In this document: positions 18,396 to 27,356 of the stretch, piece after piece
How the letters are laid out: every line of letters begins with the position of its first letter
How positions within the stretch are numbered: position 1 is the stretch's first letter
Source of the DNA: an uncultured Candidatus Saccharibacteria bacterium
GTDB lineage: Bacteria > Patescibacteriota > JAUYIX01 > CAYNWW01
Assembly: GCA_964401055.1 (NCBI GenBank)
Contig: CAYNWW010000001.1
Coordinates: 105,003-169,002, forward strand
Reading direction: 5' to 3'
Length of the DNA stretch: 64,000 bases
Notes under the pieces: model-generated
Seen by the model: only the letters and a program-made list of their open reading frames with translations
Told to the model about the DNA's origin: nothing
Databases searched by the model: none
Made by a program: the position numbers and the translations under genes

Positions 18396-19883
18396 ATGGC
18401 ATCGGCAAATCCTTTGCGCCAATTGGCTAAACAATCTTTTATCTACACCATCGGCAGCGTGGTCCAAAGCGCGGTCGCTATTTTGTTGTTGCCGTTTTAT
18501 ACGCATTATTTGAGCACGGCCGAATATGGCACCATGGAAATCGCCAATACCGCATTGAGCGTGCTGTTGTTTTTGTTATCGTTTGGTTTTGCGTCTGCGG
18601 TGTTAAAAAATTATGCACTGGATTTTGAAGGTCAGCCTGAGCAGCAGCGGCGAATGATCGGGAGTGCGTTTGGATTTGTGATGCCGGTCGTCGTCGTGTG
18701 TGCTGTGACGCTGTCGCTTGCGGCGCCGTGGATTGCGCAGGTGTTGTTTGGCGATGCGGCGCGTGCAGATTTGGTGGTGATTGTACTCGCGACCACTGTA
18801 TGCGCAATTTTTGTCAATCTGGGATTTGCGGTGTTGCGCGCGCAAGAAGCGGCGCGGCGATATACGATATTGTTTTTGACACGATTCGCAGCTTTGTTGG
18901 CGCTTAATATTGGCGCGGTCGTGGTGCTGCATGCGGGCGTGCGCGGGATTTTGATTGGTAATTTGGTGACCTATGCGCTGGCATGTGCGATGCTTGCGCC
19001 TACCCTTGTCCGCTCGGCCGCGTTTGTGGTGGATGCGGCGCAGGTGCGGCGATTGCTGGCGTTTGGATTGCCGCTCGTGCCGGCGTCGATGGCGCAGTGG
19101 TTTATGGATCTGTCTGATCGATATTTTTTGCGCGCGTCGCATTCGTTGGCGGAAGTTGGTGTGTATTCGTTGGGGTATAAAATCGGATTTGTGGTGTTGG
19201 TGTTGCTCGTGACTCCGTTTCAGCTCGCCTGGCCTACGATTTCATTTCGCTCTGCTGCGACTCATGAAGATCCGCGACGACTGCATGCGCGGGCGTTGAC
19301 GTATTTGGTGTTGGTTGGGTGTGGGCTGACGTTGGTGTTGTCGTTATTCGCGCGCGATGTGATTGTGCTTTTTTCTCGTCCCGAATTTGTCCGCGGCGCG
19401 TCGGTGGTGTGGATTGTGGCTACATCGTATGTCTTGTATGGCGCGCATTTTGTGGTGGCACAAGGGATTCACGTGGCCAAAAAGACGCGTTGGTATCCCT
19501 GGATTTTGGTCGGCGCGGCAGTGATAAACGTACTATGCAACGTGGTGTTGATTCCATCGTATGGCATGATTGGCGCCGCATTTGCGACATTGATCGCATT
19601 TGGCGTGATGTTTGGCGTCACGCTTGCGGTGTCGGTGCGCGTGTATCCGGTGAAGTACGAATGGACACGTCTTGCGGTACTCATTGGCGTGACCGGAGCG
19701 GTGTTGCTGCTGGCGCAATTGGTGCCGGCGCAGACTCGCGGTGTGTGGATATTTGTAAAATGCACCTTGATTGTTGGTGCGGGCGTAGTAGTATGGATAA
19801 GTCCTTTTTTTGAATCGGGCGAACGGGCGCTGATCCGCGGCCTGTGGGCGCGCATTCCGTTTTTTAAGAAAAAATCTGCATGA
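18396..19883 (+). CDS. wzx: Wzx-type oligosaccharide/polysaccharide flippase (MOP superfamily)
   Basis: 495 aa with about 12-14 TM helices. The N-terminus, LAKQSFIYTIGSVVQSAVAILLLPFYTHYLSTAEYG, is typical of polysaccharide biosynthesis (Wzx) proteins. Confidence 0.75.
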   Translation: MASANPLRQLAKQSFIYTIGSVVQSAVAILLLPFYTHYLSTAEYGTMEIANTALSVLLFLLSFGFASAVLKNYALDFEGQPEQQRRMIGSAFGFVMPVVVVCAVTLSLAAPWIAQVLFGDAARADLVVIVLATTVCAIFVNLGFAVLRAQEAARRYTILFLTRFAALLALNIGAVVVLHAGVRGILIGNLVTYALACAMLAPTLVRSAAFVVDAAQVRRLLAFGLPLVPASMAQWFMDLSDRYFLRASHSLAEVGVYSLGYKIGFVVLVLLVTPFQLAWPTISFRSAATHEDPRRLHARALTYLVLVGCGLTLVLSLFARDVIVLFSRPEFVRGASVVWIVATSYVLYGAHFVVAQGIHVAKKTRWYPWILVGAAVINVLCNVVLIPSYGMIGAAFATLIAFGVMFGVTLAVSVRVYPVKYEWTRLAVLIGVTGAVLLLAQLVPAQTRGVWIFVKCTLIVGAGVVVWISPFFESGERALIRGLWARIPFFKKKSA

Positions 19884-20812
19884 AACTCATTGTCACTATT
19901 CCTGCATATAATGAAGAGCAAACCATCGCGGCGGTGATTCGTGAGATTCCTCGTGCGTTGCCGGGATTTGACGCGGTAGAAGTGCTGGTGCTCAACGACG
20001 GTTCGCGCGATGCGACAGCTGAAGTTGCCCGCACTGCTGGCGCCGATCACGTGATTTCTCATCGGGTCAACAAGGGTCTTGCGATGACATTTGCTGACGC
20101 GCTTCGCGAGGCGCTTGCGCGCGGGGCTGACGTCATCGTCAATACTGATGCGGACAATCACTATGATCAGTCGCGGATCGCTGAACTTGTCGCTCCCCTG
20201 CTCGCCGGCCGCGCGGATATCGTGGTGGGTTCGCGCATGGTGGCGCAGTTGCACGATATGCGTGCAGTCAACAAATACGGTAACATGCTCGGAAGTTGGT
20301 TTGTGCGGCGGTTGTTTGGGTTGGGCGATATCGATGTGTCGAGTGGATTTCGCGCATACACACGCGAGGCCGCCCTCAAGCTCAACGTGCTCTCGCGCCA
20401 CACCTACACGCACGAGACGTTGATTCAGGCAATGGATTTGGGGTTTGCGATTGTGGACGTGCCGATTCAGGCTCGTGCGGTCACGCGCAAATCGCGCTTG
20501 ATCAAAAATATTCCCTCGCACATCGTGAAATCGCTGGTGGTGATTTTGCGTTCATTTACGCTATACAAACCGTTGCGCGCGTTTTCGTTGTTGGGATGCG
20601 CGGTTGCGGCCCCGGGTCTGGTATTGCTTGCGCGTTTTGGATATTTTTATGTGGTTGATGGCGGCCAGGGTCATGTACAATCCCTCGTCGTCGCGGCGGT
20701 CTCACTTATCCTTGGATTTCAAATTTTTGTCCTCGGTCTGATCGCGTCCGCGATCGGATGGAATCGTAAGTTGATGGAAGAAGTGTTGTATCGACTTAAG
20801 AAAAATTCGTAA
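19880..20812 (+). CDS. GT2 polyprenyl-phosphate glycosyltransferase (GtrB/Dpm1/ArnC-like) with C-terminal TM helices
   Basis: The N-terminus is LIVTIPAYNEEQTI with the motif LNDGSRD. Two C-terminal TM helices are present. The start overlaps the wzx stop as ATGA. Confidence 0.75.
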   Translation: MKLIVTIPAYNEEQTIAAVIREIPRALPGFDAVEVLVLNDGSRDATAEVARTAGADHVISHRVNKGLAMTFADALREALARGADVIVNTDADNHYDQSRIAELVAPLLAGRADIVVGSRMVAQLHDMRAVNKYGNMLGSWFVRRLFGLGDIDVSSGFRAYTREAALKLNVLSRHTYTHETLIQAMDLGFAIVDVPIQARAVTRKSRLIKNIPSHIVKSLVVILRSFTLYKPLRAFSLLGCAVAAPGLVLLARFGYFYVVDGGQGHVQSLVVAAVSLILGFQIFVLGLIASAIGWNRKLMEEVLYRLKKNS

Positions 20813-21479
20813 CTTGTACGAGAAAAAATCGTAGCGGCGATTCTTGTTTTTGTATTTCTTTGATTGACGTCATGTGAAATCGTGGCGCAAGTGTGGCCCG
20901 CAATTCACTTTCGTTGGTGTAGCGACTAAAATGTCCGTGACGCAGTCGCCAGTGTCGCTTGCCGCGCGGGGTGAATTTGGGAATATCGCCGGATGCGAGA
21001 CTAAAGCACTGAAGAAAAAATTCGCCACCCGGCCGCAATACGCGCGTCAGCTCGCGAAAATAACGAGGCCATTGCGATTTGCGCAAGTGATGAAAGCAGC
21101 CAGTGTCGATGGCAATGTCGACTGATTGAGCATCAAGCGGCAAATCCAACACGCTGGCTTCAACAAATTTCATTTCGTGTGGCGCCCAGCTGCGGGCAAT
21201 CGCGAGTGCTTTGCTGGAAAAATCAACGCCGATCGCATCAAATCCGGCACGCGCCCAGGGAATGATGTTGCGCCCGTTGCCGCAGCCGAGATCAAGAATG
21301 CGGATACTGCGTCGCGCTGTTGGATTAGGAATTTGCTCCAGACGCGTACGCAAAAATTCTGCTACGCTCGGCTCCATTGCCTGTGAGCTGTAATGTGTCT
21401 GATTTGCAGAAAATCCGCCCCGCAAGGATGTCCAAAATCCTTCATACCGAGCATGTTCGGTGGATTCGTACGTATTCAT
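20796..21479 (-). CDS. Class I SAM-dependent methyltransferase
   Basis: It carries the SAM-binding motif ILDLGCGNGRNIIPWARAGFDAIGVDFS. The start was chosen at the ATG at 21477-21479, which overlaps the ugd stop as ATGA. The track's longer N-terminus would overlap ugd. Confidence 0.75.
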   Translation of the reverse strand: MNTYESTEHARYEGFWTSLRGGFSANQTHYSSQAMEPSVAEFLRTRLEQIPNPTARRSIRILDLGCGNGRNIIPWARAGFDAIGVDFSSKALAIARSWAPHEMKFVEASVLDLPLDAQSVDIAIDTGCFHHLRKSQWPRYFRELTRVLRPGGEFFLQCFSLASGDIPKFTPRGKRHWRLRHGHFSRYTNESELRATLAPRFHMTSIKEIQKQESPLRFFLVQVTNFS

Positions 21480-22786
21480 CTGCCGATGCTCACCAATGTA
21501 AGTCCATGCTCGCGGAGAGTCTCGGGCGACAAGATATTTTTTCCGTCGAATACGAGCGGTTGCTTGAGCAGGGTGGCGACATGCGCCCAATCAAGGCTTA
21601 CAAATTCTTCCCACTCGGTGGCGATGACGAGCGCATCCACGCCGTGCACTGCATCCAGGGCGCTCTCTGCATACATGCACACATCACCGAGTACGCGTTG
21701 TGCGGTATCGCGCGCAACCGGATCATACACAGTCACCTGTGCGCCCGCAGCTACCAGCGCTCGCACAATATCAATCGCGGCTGATTCGCGCACGTCATCG
21801 GTGTCACGTTTGAACGCAAGCCCGAGCACGGCGATTTTTTTGCCAGCTAGTGATCCACCAAACCGCGCCAAAATTTTGTCGACAAACCTGCGGCGCTGCG
21901 CATTGTTGACTTCGATCACTGCGGTGAGCAATTTAAAATCATATCCGTTGTTGATGCCGATCGAATGCAATGCGCGCACGTCTTTGGGAAAGCAGCTGCC
22001 GCCGTACCCGATGCCCGCTTGCAAAAATGCCGATCCGATGCGGTGATCGAGGCCCATGCCGCGCGCAACCGCGGTCACATCGGCGCCGTTGCTTTCGCAG
22101 ACGTTGGCGATTTCGTTGATAAAAGAAATTTTTGTAGCGAGAAACGCGTTGCTTGCGTATTTGATCATCTCTGAGCTGGGAATGTTTGTGTGAATGCGCG
22201 GAGCGGCACTTGAGACCGGTGCGTAAATCTCATCAAGCACGTCAAAGCCACGCGTGTTTGAAGCGCCCATGACGATACGATCGGGCTCGAGAAAGTCTTT
22301 GACCGCATTTCCTTCACGCAAAAATTCAGGATTCGAAGCGATATCAAACTCGCCTGAAAAGACGCCGGCAATGCGTGTTTTAATTAATTCTGCAGTTCCC
22401 ACCGGCACTGTGCTTTTTGTGACAATCACCGGATGCTGGGTGGCGCCGTGGGTTGCAAGTGCGCGTCCGATTTCTTCAGCTGCTTGGAGCACATAGGTCA
22501 AATCCGCTCGCCCATCTTCGGCTTGCGGAGTTTGAACCGCAAGAAAAATAGCGTCTGCCGAAGCATATGTTTTACCGCCTTGCTCCACGAAATCAATCGC
22601 ACCACGCTCAAGCGCTCCGGAGAGAAGTTCGGCGAGGCCGGGTTCAAAAAATGGAACCTGACCGGCGCGGAGCACGCGCAACTTGTCGGCATTGATTTCA
22701 ACGCATGTCACTCGATGCCCAATATGCGCAAAGCAAACACCTGTTGTCAGACCTACATATCCTGTACCTACGATTACAATGCGCAT
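21476..22786 (-). CDS. ugd: UDP-glucose 6-dehydrogenase
   Basis: The N-terminus MRIVIVGTGYVGLTTGVCFAHIGHRVTCVEIN has the Rossmann signature. The 436-aa length and the catalytic region GGSCFPKD support the call. Confidence 0.85.
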   Translation of the reverse strand: MRIVIVGTGYVGLTTGVCFAHIGHRVTCVEINADKLRVLRAGQVPFFEPGLAELLSGALERGAIDFVEQGGKTYASADAIFLAVQTPQAEDGRADLTYVLQAAEEIGRALATHGATQHPVIVTKSTVPVGTAELIKTRIAGVFSGEFDIASNPEFLREGNAVKDFLEPDRIVMGASNTRGFDVLDEIYAPVSSAAPRIHTNIPSSEMIKYASNAFLATKISFINEIANVCESNGADVTAVARGMGLDHRIGSAFLQAGIGYGGSCFPKDVRALHSIGINNGYDFKLLTAVIEVNNAQRRRFVDKILARFGGSLAGKKIAVLGLAFKRDTDDVRESAAIDIVRALVAAGAQVTVYDPVARDTAQRVLGDVCMYAESALDAVHGVDALVIATEWEEFVSLDWAHVATLLKQPLVFDGKNILSPETLREHGLTLVSIGR

Positions 22787-22798
22787 GGCGCCTCCTCG

Positions 22799-24223
22799 TT
22801 AGTAGCTTTGAAGATCAGAAAAATTCCCGCCATCTCGGTGCGCATCGCGAACCGCATTTGTCACTGTGATCACCGGATAGTTTGCCATATTGAGATCGCT
22901 CAGTACGCCAACGTTGTCGATCAAGAAGCGCTTACTTTTGGAAATGACGTAGAGTTTTTTGTCTTGGTCGCGGATAAACGTCCCATCCGGAAATTGGACA
23001 GCGCCGCCTGCGGGATAGGTGTCAAGCTCAGCCTGGGAGATTGTAATGACCGGAACGCCAGGAAATCGCGCAGCCTTGATTGCGCCGCTCCAGATTGGTT
23101 GCTTTTTTCCGTTTTTAATCAGGTATATTCCTGCTTTGCCACTGACCTGAACAAGCGCGCCGTTTTGACGCACGAGGTTGTTTTCGTCAAACTTTGTTGT
23201 TTGTGGATGAATTTTGAGCTCAGTATCACCCACGTCGATGATTGGTGCACCTGTGTATCCGAGTTTCCTTAAGGCATTTTGTGAAGGAATTGGTTTTTTC
23301 ATGCCGTCCGTGATTACAAACACGCCGCCGGTTTTAGCACGAATCAGTGTGCCGTCCGGAAATTTGACCGGCCCGCCTACGGGATAGGTGTCGAGGTCAC
23401 TTTGGGCGATTTCGACAATCGGGGCATTGCGGTATGCTGCGTCAAATACTTTGCTTGACCAAAACTCCCAGCGCTTTCCATTTTTGAGGAGCGAAACGCT
23501 TTTTTGGCCTTTTACGCGAACCAAAATTCCATCCGGATAACGCGTGGAAAAATATTTGATCCACAATTTCCAGAAGAGAAAATTACCGCCTGCGCCAACT
23601 TCTTTTTCATTTGCACCCGGATTGTTTCCGGCAATCGGATTGTAGTTAAACAAATTGGCTGTTGCTTGGTTTTCGGGCTTTACTTTGACTTTGTAGACCG
23701 TGTCTTGCGTGACAGTTTCTTGGCCAACTTTATAGCTATAGCCGGTTGGTTTTTGAAAATATCGATTGAGCTGCCACGCCGCAATGTCGATCTGGCTTGC
23801 CGGTGAGTAAAGCGCGGTGTTGGAGGCATCATAACTGCCGGGCTTGTAGCCCATGAGCAAGTTGAGTTGATAGGAAGAAAGCGTTGAATCCTCGACCACG
23901 CCCTGCTCTTTCTGCATCATCGTGAGCAGAACCTTAGGGTTGATTTGGTAAGCCTGTGCCGAATCCGCGATTACTTGTGCAATGCTTTTAGTGGTATCAT
24001 CAATGGTTGCCTGCATACTCGCGAGGCCGCTTTTTTTTGTTGTTAAAAATGATTGGATGTCGGTGACCGAAAGCGAGGTTGCGTTGCGAAATACGGTGTC
24101 GCTGAGAATGTTGTTTGGGTTGTAAGAAAACGCATGCGCTGCATGTGAAGGTGTGAGCACAATCACGCTCGCAACGACAAATGATGCGACCGCGAGTGAA
24201 TTTTTTATATGAGATGTGTGCAT
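22799..24223 (-). CDS. Secreted protein with three C-terminal tandem ~60-aa repeats
   Basis: 474 aa with a signal peptide. The repeats are FPDGTLIRAKTGGVFVITDGMKKPIPS, NGALVQVSGKAGIYLIKNGKKQPIWS and FPDGTFIRDQDKKLYVISKSKRFLI. No confident family recognised. Confidence 0.5.
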   Translation of the reverse strand: MHTSHIKNSLAVASFVVASVIVLTPSHAAHAFSYNPNNILSDTVFRNATSLSVTDIQSFLTTKKSGLASMQATIDDTTKSIAQVIADSAQAYQINPKVLLTMMQKEQGVVEDSTLSSYQLNLLMGYKPGSYDASNTALYSPASQIDIAAWQLNRYFQKPTGYSYKVGQETVTQDTVYKVKVKPENQATANLFNYNPIAGNNPGANEKEVGAGGNFLFWKLWIKYFSTRYPDGILVRVKGQKSVSLLKNGKRWEFWSSKVFDAAYRNAPIVEIAQSDLDTYPVGGPVKFPDGTLIRAKTGGVFVITDGMKKPIPSQNALRKLGYTGAPIIDVGDTELKIHPQTTKFDENNLVRQNGALVQVSGKAGIYLIKNGKKQPIWSGAIKAARFPGVPVITISQAELDTYPAGGAVQFPDGTFIRDQDKKLYVISKSKRFLIDNVGVLSDLNMANYPVITVTNAVRDAHRDGGNFSDLQSY

Positions 24224-24232
24224 GTATGCGTA

Positions 24233-25177
24233 TTAATTTTTTATGAATTCGGCAACTGATGCGACTGTGGCGGCGACGCCATCTCCGAGTTCGGTAGTGG
24301 CTCGCCAGCCAAATGTTTTCAGCGCTTTTGTCGGATCAAGAGAGCTGCGACGCACTTCACCCGGCCGCTCTTCGCTATAACGCGGCTCGATTGGTTTGTG
24401 CGCAGCCAGAGCGACAAGTGCAAACAGTGTGTTGATGTCGGTCTCGACTCCGGTGCTTACATTATACACCCCACGCGCGTCCTGTAACACTGCGTCGGCG
24501 TTGATGCGTGCGAGATCTTTGACAAACACAAAATCGCGCGTTTGCTTGCCGTCGCTTGTAATAAATGCCGGTTCGTCTTTGAGTAAGCGCGTAGAAAAAA
24601 TTGCCACCACTCCGGCTTCTCCTTCAGAATTTTGGCGCGGGCCATACACATTGCTGTAGCGCAAAATAGTCCACGGAAGATTGCGCACTGATCCGAAAAA
24701 TTGGACGTAGTGTTCACAGGTTTCTTTTGCGATCGCGTACGGCGAGATCGGTGAAGTTGCATGCGTTTCAGTATAGGGCATCGCTTCATCATCCGCTTTA
24801 TAAATCGCACCGCCCGTCGATGCGAATACAAATTTGTGTACGCCGGCGCGAGCGCAGGCCTCAAGGAGGCGCAGGGTGCCGATGGTGTTGTGCTGTGCGT
24901 CTTCGAGTGGATGCGCCACGGAAAAAGGCACGCTTGCTTGCGCCGCGAGATGCAATACATGCGTGATCTCGTGTTTTTTTATGAGCGCGTCCAAATCTGC
25001 GGTGCGCAAGTCATCCTGGATAAGCGTCGCCTGTGGATTGAGATTTGCGGTGCGTCCGGTCGAGAGATTGTCGAGCACGACGACGCGCTGGCCGCGCGCA
25101 ATCAATTCGTCTACACTGTGTGAACCGATAAATCCGGCGCCTCCGGTGACAAGAATAGTGTGTGGTGTATCAGCCAT
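24233..25177 (-). CDS. NAD-dependent sugar-nucleotide epimerase (GalE / UDP-glucuronate 4-epimerase family, SDR)
   Basis: It has the Rossmann start ILVTGGAGFIGSHSVDEL and the catalytic YAIAK (YxxxK) motif. The start was chosen at the ATG at 25175-25177, since the track's N-extension lacks similarity. Confidence 0.8.
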   Translation of the reverse strand: MADTPHTILVTGGAGFIGSHSVDELIARGQRVVVLDNLSTGRTANLNPQATLIQDDLRTADLDALIKKHEITHVLHLAAQASVPFSVAHPLEDAQHNTIGTLRLLEACARAGVHKFVFASTGGAIYKADDEAMPYTETHATSPISPYAIAKETCEHYVQFFGSVRNLPWTILRYSNVYGPRQNSEGEAGVVAIFSTRLLKDEPAFITSDGKQTRDFVFVKDLARINADAVLQDARGVYNVSTGVETDINTLFALVALAAHKPIEPRYSEERPGEVRRSSLDPTKALKTFGWRATTELGDGVAATVASVAEFIKN

Positions 25178-25185
25178 AAGAAAAA

Positions 25186-27342
25186 TTAATGACGAGCAAT
25201 AGTAATCCGTGCACCCGTACGTTGGGTGGACGGATATGCATAAAATTGTAACCCAAGCGGTGTGCCTGCGCCACTGAAGCTGCGAATCTGCGGCGCGCAT
25301 CCGCGATCCGGTGCGGTCAAGATATCTGCCTTCCCATCGCCAGTTACATCTCCGGCCGCAACTCGTGCGCCACAGGTCAGTCCGGCCGCGTACGCACGAA
25401 ACGATGCAACCACGGTTTTGTCTGTGTTATAGCGATAGGCTTTCACCCACGCCTCTTCTCCAGTCAGCAACGATGCGATGATTTCGTCTTTGCCGTCGCC
25501 ATCCAAATCACCCGCGGCAACAGAAATTCCCGAGCGGCTTTTTGATGAAAATGCATAAAACGAGATAGGTTTGAGCGTCGCGCCTGTCGCGCTTCCCGAG
25601 ATCGCCGTGGTGCCGATATCATACACGCGAATTTGCGGTCCGCCACCTGGACCTGCGCCCACGATCAATTCATCTTTGCCGTCGCGATCAATATCGCCAA
25701 ACGCAAGTGATGCGCCGACTTCGGCTGAGCCAAATGCGTTGAAATATGCCAGAAGGGTATGCTGCGCATTGGAACGCATGACTTTGATCCAGGCTTGGCC
25801 GCCGCTCGCTTGAGCAACGCCAATCTCGTCTTTGCCATCGCCGTCCACATCGCCCGCCGCCACGCTGAGCCCGCCGCGAAATCGAGTGTCAAATGGATAA
25901 AATGAAATTTGGCGCGGTGTGCCGTCGCGTTCGAACAATCCCAAAAGAGGCGCATGGCCAGCGTCAGCACCTGCGATAATCTCATCTTCTCCGTCGGCAT
26001 CAATATCTCCGGCCGCAATGCTCGCTCCGTTGGTACTGATTTCGGTGAGTCGATCGGTGGCGCCGCGCAGCGAAAATGATTTGATTGCGCCAGATGCGCC
26101 TGAGCCTGGAGCGGTGATGATAGGATTTGGAGTGAGTGCAGCAGATGTGTTGGCAAGCCCGGCACCTATTCCGACAGAACTCGACGCGGTTGCACTGAGT
26201 CGTATTTTTGCAATGAGTTGTGCGGGAGTGAGCGCGGGATACGCGGATTTTAGTAGCCCCGCGATACCTGCAATCATAGGTGCCGACATGGAAGTGCCGG
26301 ACATGGTGGCAGTTGTTGATCCGTATCCGGCATTGAGCACACTTTCGCCGGGTGCTGCAATATCAACAGCAGAGTTTCCGTAATTTGAAAATGATGAGCG
26401 TCTCCCGTCTGTATTTACTGAGGCAACACCAAGTACCTTGTTGGCGCCAGCGGCATCGCCGTTGTTGGAAACCGGAGATCGCGGACTTGCGTCCAGATTT
26501 ACGCCTTCGTTTCCCGCTGCAGCAACCACGAGCGCGCCGGCTGCGTACGCGCGATCGATCGCAGCGCCAAGTGTGGTGCTGTAATTCCCTACCAAGCTCA
26601 GGTTGATGATATGTGCCTTGTGGGTAACAGCAAAGTCTATTGCGGCTGCAATAGTGGAAAGATCACCGTTGCCTTCGTCGTCGAGAGCGCGAATCGGCAT
26701 GATTTTACAATTCCAGCAGGTTCCTGCGCCAAAATTCCCGTTGTTCGTAACTGCAGCTGCAATGCCGGCGACATTGGTGCCATGATCTTTCTCGCCATCA
26801 ATAAGTCCGTCGTCATCATCATCTATGCCATTTGGTGCAGTGTCTGGGTCGCTGTCACCATCAATAAAATCATACCCAGTGACGAGTTTGTTTGTGAATT
26901 CGGGATGGTCCATATCAATTCCCCCGTCGATAATTGCGATAATTACCGATGAAGAGCCGACTGTTTTGTCCCAAGCTGCTGGTAGCTGAAGTGCCGGAAG
27001 ATAGGCTTGTGAAGCATAATTGGGATCGGTCGGTGTCGCGCTTGCATGAAAAAAATAGTTTGGTTCGGCTGAAACCACATCGGGATTTTGTTCATAGAGC
27101 TTGATCGCGTCCGGTACACTGAGCGATGCCGGTAATGTTACTCGATATGCAGTCGGGCCGATTTTGTGCGAAGGGAGAAGTGATTGTGCGTGTGCAAAAG
27201 GCACAGAAGCACGAACATTTTGCTTATATGTCACAATCAATTCTTGCTCACGATATGTTGGTGATTGAGCAAAAGCCGACCGGGGATCAGTGTAGATAGG
27301 TATAAGCAAAAAAAATAACGCAAAAAAGAGATTTTTTTTCAT
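25186..27342 (-). CDS. Secreted subtilisin-like serine protease (S8) fused to FG-GAP repeat beta-propeller
   Basis: 718 aa with a signal peptide and an I9-like propeptide. The S8 triad regions are IIDGGIDMDHPEF, HGTNVAGIAAA and GTSMSAPMIAGIAGL. There are at least five FG-GAP repeats (GDIDADGEDEII, GDVDGDGKDEI, ...). Confidence 0.8.
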   Translation of the reverse strand: MKKNLFFALFFLLIPIYTDPRSAFAQSPTYREQELIVTYKQNVRASVPFAHAQSLLPSHKIGPTAYRVTLPASLSVPDAIKLYEQNPDVVSAEPNYFFHASATPTDPNYASQAYLPALQLPAAWDKTVGSSSVIIAIIDGGIDMDHPEFTNKLVTGYDFIDGDSDPDTAPNGIDDDDDGLIDGEKDHGTNVAGIAAAVTNNGNFGAGTCWNCKIMPIRALDDEGNGDLSTIAAAIDFAVTHKAHIINLSLVGNYSTTLGAAIDRAYAAGALVVAAAGNEGVNLDASPRSPVSNNGDAAGANKVLGVASVNTDGRRSSFSNYGNSAVDIAAPGESVLNAGYGSTTATMSGTSMSAPMIAGIAGLLKSAYPALTPAQLIAKIRLSATASSSVGIGAGLANTSAALTPNPIITAPGSGASGAIKSFSLRGATDRLTEISTNGASIAAGDIDADGEDEIIAGADAGHAPLLGLFERDGTPRQISFYPFDTRFRGGLSVAAGDVDGDGKDEIGVAQASGGQAWIKVMRSNAQHTLLAYFNAFGSAEVGASLAFGDIDRDGKDELIVGAGPGGGPQIRVYDIGTTAISGSATGATLKPISFYAFSSKSRSGISVAAGDLDGDGKDEIIASLLTGEEAWVKAYRYNTDKTVVASFRAYAAGLTCGARVAAGDVTGDGKADILTAPDRGCAPQIRSFSGAGTPLGLQFYAYPSTQRTGARITIARH

Positions 27343-27356
27343 ATAGGTAGTGTACT

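Noticed and set aside
18603-20521. Long antisense ORFs (18603..19142, 19469..20521 on minus) opposite wzx and the GtrB-like gene
   Set aside because: They are Arg/His/Cys-rich low-complexity translations, fully antisense to well-supported membrane-protein genes. This is typical of spurious ORFs in GC-skewed coding DNA.
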